Assembly (NCBI GenBank): GCA_963699255.1
Contig: OY969425.1
Location: 870,001 to 902,000, forward strand
Origin: an uncultured bacterium
Lineage (GTDB): Bacteria; Margulisbacteria; WOR-1; CAVSGV01
Direction: 5' to 3'
DNA: 32,000 bases
Shown: one piece after another, positions 24,952-32,000 of the stretch
Layout: the number at the start of each line of letters is the position of its first letter
Numbering within the stretch: the stretch's first letter is position 1
Translations under genes and position numbers: made by a program
The notes under the pieces: generated by a model
The model's input: the letters and a program-made list of their open reading frames with translations, nothing else
Told to the model about the DNA's origin: nothing
Databases searched by the model: none

Positions 24952-25926
24952 CTATTGCGTGGTTTTCCCGAAAAGGATATATATGTGATGGGCCATTTTG
25001 GCCCCGCCGGTCGAGTTCGACTTTTGCGGAGCATCCTGCACTATTACCTTTACGCCGGACGCGGGCGCTTGTTCCGCCAGATCCTGCGACCATTTTTGGT
25101 TATAAACACTCGCGTACTCCGGCACGACAAGGTCAACTTCAAGGTATTTTCCTTTGATCTCTTTTGACATATCGTCCCCAAAACTGTATTCGGGATGTTT
25201 GGGAAATATGTCGTTGTGGTCCCCGCCCGTATAGCTGAAAACCTTCGCATTATTGGCCAGCGATCCACGTATGGACTTTAGTTCGCCGTCATTCGTCATT
25301 TTCCACATTGCTGTATCCGGGATGTCGCCCCAAAAATATCTGTCCCAGGTTTCGTTATCAAACGGCCCGGAAACTCCCATATCATCCTGTAAAACCACAG
25401 ATATCATTACCGCTCTTACACCTTCCTTATCGAACGCCCTTCCTATCGTTCTGCTGATGATCGGCGTGTTTTTTGAGGAGATCGCGTCTGAAATGGCCTT
25501 TTTCTTTGCCTCAGCGGTCGCCGATGTATCATTCTTCGCGACCGTTCTAAGATATGCAAGTTCATCTTTAAAATCCTGATCCGTCCTAGCGAACTCGAGC
25601 ACAGAGTTATTGAACCCTTCGGCCGCGAGCAAAGGAATGACCTCGCTGAAGTATTCGCCGGTGGTTTTGACCCCGTTTTTCTTGTTATTATGGAATTCGC
25701 CGAAACCGATCACCGTGGGATCGTAGAGCTTAATTATCTCTTTGATGGCTTCCGCAAGACTGCTGAATTCTTTGCCGTTTATTTCGGCATATATTTGCTC
25801 AACATTCCCTGTTTTCTGGGAGCCATCGTTCTTTTTGACAGGATTGTTCTTGGTGTTTTGCGCGCCCCCACTCTTTGTCTGGGGTTTTCGGATCTGTGCT
25901 GTATCTATCGGATTTATCATGATCAT
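24952..25926 (-). CDS. ChaN/TraB/EreA-superfamily-like protein
   Basis: DPTVIGFGEFHNN...FFSEV-type region (ORF reads TGEYFSEVIPLLAAEGFNNSVLEFA) and later FSYTGGDHNDIFPKH; fold-level resemblance only. Confidence 0.4.
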   Translation of the reverse strand: MIMINPIDTAQIRKPQTKSGGAQNTKNNPVKKNDGSQKTGNVEQIYAEINGKEFSSLAEAIKEIIKLYDPTVIGFGEFHNNKKNGVKTTGEYFSEVIPLLAAEGFNNSVLEFARTDQDFKDELAYLRTVAKNDTSATAEAKKKAISDAISSKNTPIISRTIGRAFDKEGVRAVMISVVLQDDMGVSGPFDNETWDRYFWGDIPDTAMWKMTNDGELKSIRGSLANNAKVFSYTGGDHNDIFPKHPEYSFGDDMSKEIKGKYLEVDLVVPEYASVYNQKWSQDLAEQAPASGVKVIVQDAPQKSNSTGGAKMAHHIYILFGKTTQ

Positions 25927-26021
25927 ATTATTATATTATTCGTCTCTTTTTCCATCAAACTTGCGCATTTCTTTCACTGTATATTCATCGTGCAATTTTA
26001 GCGGGAATTTCACCGGACCGG

Positions 26022-26360
26022 TCAACATGTCAAATGAAGCGCCGCAATGACATTGTTTGAAGGCGCTAATCTATTATATTCCTCGCAGGCCTCGCCGGTC
26101 TTCATGGCTATGACCGTAATGCCTTTTGCCTCGATCTCGGCTTTAACCTCTTTTGGGACGGCCATTACGCCGTCAGCACCCGTCCCTATAATGAGAATTT
26201 CCGGCTTTTTGGCCAATATTTGCACAACATCGCTAAGTGAAAGCCTGTGCCCTTCGATCCTTCTCCATGAGTCATCCACTCTGTCCTTGTAGATGATCAC
26301 GTCGGAAGTGTATGTCTTGCCGTCTATCGTGATCTCGCCGAAGTCATATCCGTCGATCAT
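26022..26360 (-). CDS. Mth938-like (DUF498) domain protein
   Basis: GEITIDGKTYTSDVIIYKDRV...WRRIEGHRLSLSDV...PEILIIGTGADGVM. Confidence 0.85.
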   Translation of the reverse strand: MIDGYDFGEITIDGKTYTSDVIIYKDRVDDSWRRIEGHRLSLSDVVQILAKKPEILIIGTGADGVMAVPKEVKAEIEAKGITVIAMKTGEACEEYNRLAPSNNVIAALHLTC

Positions 26361-26371
26361 ATGTCCTATCC

Positions 26372-26566
26372 TTACCCGACCTTGATGACCGAAACCGGGC
26401 AGCTGCCGGCCGCTTCCCTTATCTTCGCCTCGTTCGCCTCCAGGTCCGCATCTTTCAGCACCTCAGCCGTATCATTTACCTTGAAAACCTCCGGGCAGAC
26501 CGTCTCGCACACCCCGCAGACTATGCAGCCGTCCTCAATGGTGACCTTTGATATGACCATAAACAC
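26372..26566 (-). CDS. Ferredoxin
   Basis: CIVCGVCETVCPEVF...AGSCPVSVIKV. Confidence 0.9.
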   Translation of the reverse strand: MFMVISKVTIEDGCIVCGVCETVCPEVFKVNDTAEVLKDADLEANEAKIREAAGSCPVSVIKVG

Positions 26567-26683
26567 CTCCGATATGACCCATAGATAATATCAGGCATAT
26601 TATAGACCAGAAAACTGAAGAGTAAATTATATTAGCATTGTTTTTTACATGCGAAAAGTGTAATATTTCATGGGTTTTAAATC

Positions 26684-28669
26684 ATGAACGATCAGGATCA
26701 AAAAAATATTTCTGTTTTTGACAGGATAAAAAGGCTTTTCATAGGAAAGCCCTTTGATGTCCATGATAAAACGCTGGTCCAAAGAATATCTCTGGTCGCT
26801 TTCTTCGCGTGGGTGGGGCTTGGCGCTGACGGCCTCTCGTCATCATCTTACGGGCCGGACCAGGCCTTTACGGTCCTGCAGGGACACATCTACCTGGGTT
26901 TGATAGTGGCGCTGGCCTCAGCTATAACCGTATTCGTTATAAGCGCAAGCTACAGCCAGATAGTCGAGCTTTTCCCCCACGGAGGGGGGGGATATCTGGT
27001 GGCAAGCAAGCTAATTTCACCTTTGGTGGGCATGATAGCCGGGAGCGCGCTTCTTATCGACTATGTCCTTACAATAACGCTCTCGATAGCAAGCGGTACG
27101 GATGCGGTCTTCAGTTTTTTGCCGGGGGCGTGGAATTCGTACAAACTGCTTTTTGCGGTGGCGGCTTTATTCGTTTTGATACTGCTCAACATGAGAGGCA
27201 TAAAAGAATCCGTTACTGTCCTTATGCCGATCTTCCTTCTTTTTATGCTCATGCATGTGTTCTTGATACTGTATTCTTTCGGGTTCCATTTTTCTAATTT
27301 CTCCCAGCTGGCATCATCCACCAAAGGAGACCTCATCAGGTCGAACTCAGCTCTGGGCTTATTCGGAATGATCTTTCTTATACTCCGGGCATACAGCATG
27401 GGAGCCGGCACGTACACGGGAATAGAAGCCGTAAGCAACGGCGTTGCCATATTAAGGGAACCGAAAGTCGAAACGGCCAAAAAGACAATGCTTTACATGT
27501 CCACATCTCTCGCGTTCATGGTCTTCGGCATCATGCTCTCTTACGTTTTTTACAGGGTCGCGCCTGTGGTAGGAAAAACAATGAACGCGGTCCTCTGGGA
27601 AAATATCACCCATGGATGGGCATGGGGATTCGCGCTGGTTTCCATTACGCTGCTTTCGGAAGCGCTTCTGCTTTTTGTAGCCGCTCAAACAGGTTTCATT
27701 GACGGTCCTCGCGTTCTCTCGAACATGGCGCTGGACAACTGGATGCCGAAAAGATTTTCTATCTTGAGCGACCGCCTCGTGACCCAGAACGGAATAATGA
27801 TAATGGGATTGTCATCTTTGGTCTTAATGGTATTGAGCCGCGGCTCCGTTGTTTTCCTGGTGGTCTTGTATAGTATAAACGTTTTCTTAACGTTCTTCCT
27901 TTCTCAGCTCGGCATGGTAAAACACTGGTGGGAGGAAAGGGCCAAGGCCCGGAACTGGATCGGGAAGATCGCGGTGAACGGCACGGGACTGGTCCTGACA
28001 ACATTTATATTGATCTCTGTAATCATCATTAAGTTCCACGAGGGAGGATGGATAACTCTTTTCATAACCGGAATGCTGGTCATTTTCGCTCTGGTAGTAA
28101 AACGCACCTATGAAAAAACCAACGATCAGATAAGAAAACTTGATGACGAGGTCGTAAAGAACCTCGCGCCTTCATCGAATTTCATCCCGCTGCTGGATGA
28201 CAAGAAGCCTTTTGACCCGAAAGCCCCTACGGCCGTGATACTAGTAAAGGATTTCACAAGCATGGGGATAACCACCATATCCACGATCCTTCAATCGTTC
28301 AAAGGCGTTTTCAGGAATTTCGTGTTCGTGCAGGTTGGCCTTGTGAACGCACGGAACCTCGCCGAGGTGCAGGCTGTCGAGAGAACGATCCGGACCGAAG
28401 TGAATAAATTTATTGAACTTGTCAGGTCGCGGGGCTACAACGCTGAAGGTATATGCGTCACCGGAATAGACACGGTGGAAGAATTCTCCGGCGTAGTCCC
28501 AGGCGTTCTTGAAAAATATCCTCACTCCAATTTCTTCGGAGGGCAGATAGTGTTCAAAAATGACAATTTCTTCTCAAGATGGCTGCACAATTACACGTTA
28601 TTCTCGATACAAAGAAGTTTGTATCACAAGGGACTTCCACTCTTCATAATCCCAATCTATGTGAAGTGA
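26684..28669 (+). CDS. APC-superfamily permease (KimA/YdaO-like)
   Basis: ADGLSSSSYGPDQAF, ~12 TM helices, large cytoplasmic C-terminal domain. Confidence 0.85.
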   Translation: MNDQDQKNISVFDRIKRLFIGKPFDVHDKTLVQRISLVAFFAWVGLGADGLSSSSYGPDQAFTVLQGHIYLGLIVALASAITVFVISASYSQIVELFPHGGGGYLVASKLISPLVGMIAGSALLIDYVLTITLSIASGTDAVFSFLPGAWNSYKLLFAVAALFVLILLNMRGIKESVTVLMPIFLLFMLMHVFLILYSFGFHFSNFSQLASSTKGDLIRSNSALGLFGMIFLILRAYSMGAGTYTGIEAVSNGVAILREPKVETAKKTMLYMSTSLAFMVFGIMLSYVFYRVAPVVGKTMNAVLWENITHGWAWGFALVSITLLSEALLLFVAAQTGFIDGPRVLSNMALDNWMPKRFSILSDRLVTQNGIMIMGLSSLVLMVLSRGSVVFLVVLYSINVFLTFFLSQLGMVKHWWEERAKARNWIGKIAVNGTGLVLTTFILISVIIIKFHEGGWITLFITGMLVIFALVVKRTYEKTNDQIRKLDDEVVKNLAPSSNFIPLLDDKKPFDPKAPTAVILVKDFTSMGITTISTILQSFKGVFRNFVFVQVGLVNARNLAEVQAVERTIRTEVNKFIELVRSRGYNAEGICVTGIDTVEEFSGVVPGVLEKYPHSNFFGGQIVFKNDNFFSRWLHNYTLFSIQRSLYHKGLPLFIIPIYVK

Positions 28670-28715
28670 ATTCAAGATCAGCTTTTTAGTTTTACGGGCA
28701 GGCCCCGTAAGAATG

Positions 28716-29279
28716 CTATGCATCTCTACGGGGCAGGCCCAGGTCTTTTGCGGCTTCATCCACCAGCTCGTAGATCTCGCTCATGAGGAACGGCTTTTTA
28801 AGGCATTTGAAAGCGCCCGCTTCTTTTGCGCGCGCACGGATGTCTTCATCAAGGCACGCCGATATGAGCGCCCTTTTCATCCTTGGAAAATCGTTCTTTA
28901 TGGAATTCAGGAAATCGATCCCGTTTATACCCGGCATGTTAAGGCCGGTGGTAATGAGGTCGAATGGCCGCTTAAGCAGAAGCGTCATCGCATCCAGGCC
29001 GTTCCGGGCGATCTTCACGTAAACGCCCTTGATCATCAGCATCTCGGCTATCGAGCGGGACACTCCCTGATTATCTTCAACTATCAATATCTTTATCGGG
29101 GAGCTTTGGAATAGCTCTTCGTGTTTTTGATTCCATTCGTCGGAGTCTATGATGTTCTTTTTTGCGTCATTTTTCGACGGCTCTTTATTAAAGACGCCTA
29201 AAAATATGCATATCACAAGAGCGACCACCAGAACGGCTATTGACAGCGTCACGCTGAATATCATTTGCATGGCAGTCAT
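28716..29279 (-). CDS. Membrane-anchored receiver-domain protein lacking the phosphoacceptor Asp
   Basis: N-terminal TM; IKILIVEDNQGVSRSIAEML...FDLITTGLNMPGINGIDFL...KCLKKPF. Gly (GGC) stands where DLNMPG has the phosphorylated Asp. Confidence 0.85.
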   Translation of the reverse strand: MTAMQMIFSVTLSIAVLVVALVICIFLGVFNKEPSKNDAKKNIIDSDEWNQKHEELFQSSPIKILIVEDNQGVSRSIAEMLMIKGVYVKIARNGLDAMTLLLKRPFDLITTGLNMPGINGIDFLNSIKNDFPRMKRALISACLDEDIRARAKEAGAFKCLKKPFLMSEIYELVDEAAKDLGLPRRDA

Positions 29280-29331
29280 TATAGGAAAAAACTGACCGAA
29301 AGTAAACCATTTGGCAGGATGATATTCCCCG

Positions 29332-29425
29332 ACCTCACCCCAAATTTATTGGCTCATAATCTACTGATTCTAGTTGCGTAACTCCCCTCTCCATTAAATG
29401 GAGAGGGGAGTTAAAGGGGTGAGGT
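29332..29425. repeat. Nested palindromic intergenic element
   Basis: Outer ACCTCACCCC/GGGGTGAGGT (29332-29341, 29416-29425); inner perfect 17-bp stem TAACTCCCCTCTCCATT/AATGGAGAGGGGAGTTA (29379-29395, 29397-29413). Confidence 0.85.
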
Positions 29426-29493
29426 AAGAGGTTTAAGTCCCGATTTCCTAATAATATTTGACATCTGCTTCAATCTCGTTCATAGTTATCGCC

Positions 29494-30714
29494 ATGACAG
29501 ATCAAACTTTCTTGAGCCTTGGCATAGCGCCCAATCTGCTTAATATACTCGACAGGATGAAATTCACCGTCCCAACCCCGATACAACAAAAGGGTATCCC
29601 CATCGCAGTGGAAGGAAAAGACCTGATGGGTATAGCTCAAACTGGTACGGGCAAGACGCTTGTTTTCGCTATCCCGATGATACAGCGCCTTTCGTTCATT
29701 AAAGGGAAAGGGCTTATTTTGGTTCCGACCCGCGAACTCGCCATGCAGGTGGATGAGACTTTCCAGAAATTCAGAAGCGTTATTGGAGCGGGAACGGCCG
29801 TTCTTATAGGCGGCGCGTCAATGGAAAACCAGATCCGCACTTTAAAGCGCGATCCCAGGATCCTGATCGCGACCCCGGGAAGGCTGATCGATCATCTGCA
29901 GCACCGCACCGTTCGCCTGGACGACGTAAGGATACTTGTACTTGATGAGGCGGACAGGATGCTGGACATGGGTTTCGCGCCGCAGATATCCAGGGTGCTT
30001 GAGGGCGTGCCGTCCGATCGGCAGACGATGCTTTTTTCCGCCACCATGCCGCCGGAGATAATGCGGCTTGCCTCTTCCTATATGAAACTCCCCGTAAGCG
30101 TGGAAATAGCAAAGTCAGGCACTCCGGTGGAGAAGGTCGTGCAGGAAATATACATCGTAAGGAACGAGGATAAAAGACTGCTTCTGGAGAAGATCCTTAA
30201 TCAGTACCATGGCCCGGTCCTTTTATTCAGCCGGACAAAATACGGAGCGAGCAAGATCGTCAGGTCCGTAAAAGACCTCGGACATTCCGCGGCGGAGATC
30301 CATTCGAACCGCTCTTTTTCCCAGCGCCGTGAAGCGCTTGATGGCTTCAAATCGGGAAAATACCGCATACTTGTCGCGACGGATATCGCCGCGAGAGGCA
30401 TTGACGTGAAGGGAATAGAGATCGTGCTTAATTACGATCTTCCGGAGGACCCGGAAAATTATATCCACAGGATAGGCCGAACGGGCCGCGCCGGGCATGA
30501 AGGCAGGGCGATATCTTTCGCGATGCCCGACCAGGGCGGCGATGTAAAGAACATCGAGCGCCTTATGAGAAAGGTGCTTCCCATTTCCAAGCACCCTGAT
30601 GTCCCTGCTGCCGATTTCTACGGGGTTTTCACCACAAAACCACGCCCCACAGGCTTCGCTTACAGAGGAATGAGGCACCAGACATCCAGCCGCAGAGGAT
30701 TTAGAAGAAGATAG
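29494..30714 (+). CDS. rhlE: DEAD-box ATP-dependent RNA helicase, RhlE-like
   Basis: Q motif, AQTGTGKT, PTRELAMQ, VLDEADRMLD, SATMP, HRIGRTGR. Start at the internal ATG 29494. Confidence 0.92.
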   Translation: MTDQTFLSLGIAPNLLNILDRMKFTVPTPIQQKGIPIAVEGKDLMGIAQTGTGKTLVFAIPMIQRLSFIKGKGLILVPTRELAMQVDETFQKFRSVIGAGTAVLIGGASMENQIRTLKRDPRILIATPGRLIDHLQHRTVRLDDVRILVLDEADRMLDMGFAPQISRVLEGVPSDRQTMLFSATMPPEIMRLASSYMKLPVSVEIAKSGTPVEKVVQEIYIVRNEDKRLLLEKILNQYHGPVLLFSRTKYGASKIVRSVKDLGHSAAEIHSNRSFSQRREALDGFKSGKYRILVATDIAARGIDVKGIEIVLNYDLPEDPENYIHRIGRTGRAGHEGRAISFAMPDQGGDVKNIERLMRKVLPISKHPDVPAADFYGVFTTKPRPTGFAYRGMRHQTSSRRGFRRR

Positions 30715-30745
30715 ACAGAGAAATAGCCCCGCCTCTTCTGCTATA

Positions 30746-32000
30746 ATGTCAACAATGCAAAAAATAATAAATATCGCGATAATCGCGCACGTTGACCACG
30801 GAAAAACGACACTTACCGACCACCTGCTCCGACAGGGCGGGGCTTTCGGGGCGCGGGAAGAGGTCGGCGAGCTTGTGATGGACTCGAACGAGCTCGAAAA
30901 AGAACGCGGGATAACGATATTTTCAAAGAACTGCTCGATCCATTACAAAGGCTGCAAAATAAATATTGTGGATACTCCCGGCCACGCGGATTTCGGCAGC
31001 GAAGTGGAGCGCGTCCTGAAAATGGTGGACAGCGTCCTTCTTCTTGTGGACGCAAAGGAAGGCCCCATGCCGCAGACAAAATTCGTGCTTTCAAAATCGC
31101 TCAAACTCTGGCTCAAGCCGATAGTTGTGATAAACAAGATAGATAAGGTGGGACACAGGGCCGAGAAAGTGGTGGACATGGTATTCGATCTCTTCGTAAA
31201 GCTTGACGCGAACGACCAGCAGCTGGACTTTCCCGTTGTTTACGCCATCTCAAGGCAGGGCATCGCGAAATATCACATCGATGACGATTCAAATGACCTG
31301 ACACCTCTTTTTGAAACGATCCTCAAGCACGTTGCCCCCTACCCCGACAGGAGCAATGAAGTCCTCCAGATGCAGGTCACCAATCTCGCTTACGACGATT
31401 ACGTCGGCCGCATAGCGATAGGCCGCGTAACAAGCGGAAAGCTTGATAAGCGGTCGAAAGTGGCCGTCTGCAGGAGAAGCGGCGCGATAGATGAGGCTGT
31501 TATCACCAAACTCTCGATATATGAAGGGCTTAAAAAAGTCGAAGTGGATGAAGCGCAGTGCGGAGACATAGCGGCGGTCGCCGGGATAGAGAACATAACG
31601 ATAGGCGAAACCATATCCTCCCCGGAGAATCCCAGGCCGATGACGCTCCTTGAAATAGACGAGCCCACCCTCACAATGGAGTTCATAGTGAATAATTCCC
31701 CCTTTGCGGGGCGGGAAGGAAAATACGTCACGACAAGACACCTTAAGGAGCGCCTCACGAAGGAACTGGAGACGAATGTGGGTTTGAAGCTTGAACCGCT
31801 CGGCAGCAGCGGCGAGGGTTTCAAGGTGTCCGGCAGAGGCGAGCTGCATCTTTCCATACTTCTCGAGCAGATGAGGCGGGAAGGTTACGAGATCCAGGTT
31901 TCGCAGCCGAAGGTCATCTTCAAGACGGTGCACAGCGAAAAGATGGAGCCGATGGAACAGGCCGTTATCCAGGTGCCGGAAGAATTCGCGGGCATAGTGA
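30746..32000 (+). CDS. typA: Ribosome-associated GTPase TypA/BipA, truncated at right edge
   Basis: Translated from the sequence: NIAIIAHVDHGKTTLTDHLLRQ, MDSNELEKERGITIFSKN, VDTPGHADFGSEVERVL, NKIDK. Open to 32000. Confidence 0.95.
   Translation, partial: MSTMQKIINIAIIAHVDHGKTTLTDHLLRQGGAFGAREEVGELVMDSNELEKERGITIFSKNCSIHYKGCKINIVDTPGHADFGSEVERVLKMVDSVLLLVDAKEGPMPQTKFVLSKSLKLWLKPIVVINKIDKVGHRAEKVVDMVFDLFVKLDANDQQLDFPVVYAISRQGIAKYHIDDDSNDLTPLFETILKHVAPYPDRSNEVLQMQVTNLAYDDYVGRIAIGRVTSGKLDKRSKVAVCRRSGAIDEAVITKLSIYEGLKKVEVDEAQCGDIAAVAGIENITIGETISSPENPRPMTLLEIDEPTLTMEFIVNNSPFAGREGKYVTTRHLKERLTKELETNVGLKLEPLGSSGEGFKVSGRGELHLSILLEQMRREGYEIQVSQPKVIFKTVHSEKMEPMEQAVIQVPEEFAGIV

Noticed and set aside
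27061-28525. Minus-strand ORFs opposite the permease gene
   Set aside because: Antisense shadows of a strongly supported CDS; the same applies to antisense ORFs over ftsZ, ddl, DUF2156, the helicase and typA.
28692-28710. TTACGG/CCGTAA stem between the permease and receiver genes as terminator
   Set aside because: Short 6-bp stem and no T-tract on either side.

Overview
The window has two parts. (A) 1 to ~18.95 kb is accessory, island-like DNA. It holds: an ATPase fused to a degenerate tyrosine-recombinase-like C-terminus, with a membrane-hydrolase operon; a Wza-like export protein; a minus-strand operon of a type IIG/Eco57I-like restriction-modification enzyme plus three accessory genes whose junctions share a duplicated sequence; a PD-(D/E)XK Fe-S nuclease and a divergent WYL regulator; a two-gene operon encoding a GTPase-less FtsZ C-terminal-domain protein and an apparently intact ClpP-like serine protease; a SLOG/DprA-like gene with two tiny Cys-rich ORFs; an ECF sigma / small protein / ImmA-IrrE-type metallopeptidase operon; and a large serine recombinase with an XRE regulator, bounded by a perfect 170-bp inverted repeat that ends just inside the 3' end of a tRNA-Gln gene. 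(B) ~18.95 to 32 kb looks like ordinary chromosome: tRNA-Gln, ftsZ, ftsQ-like, ddl, DUF2156, GNAT, Mth938-like, ferredoxin, APC permease, receiver protein, DEAD-box helicase and typA/bipA (truncated at the right edge). The best candidate for an undescribed system is the stand-alone FtsZ C-terminal-domain protein coupled to ClpP (11032-12071). The second is the 170-bp inverted-repeat recombinase cassette at tRNA-Gln. All family assignments come from motif recognition by eye, not database searches.
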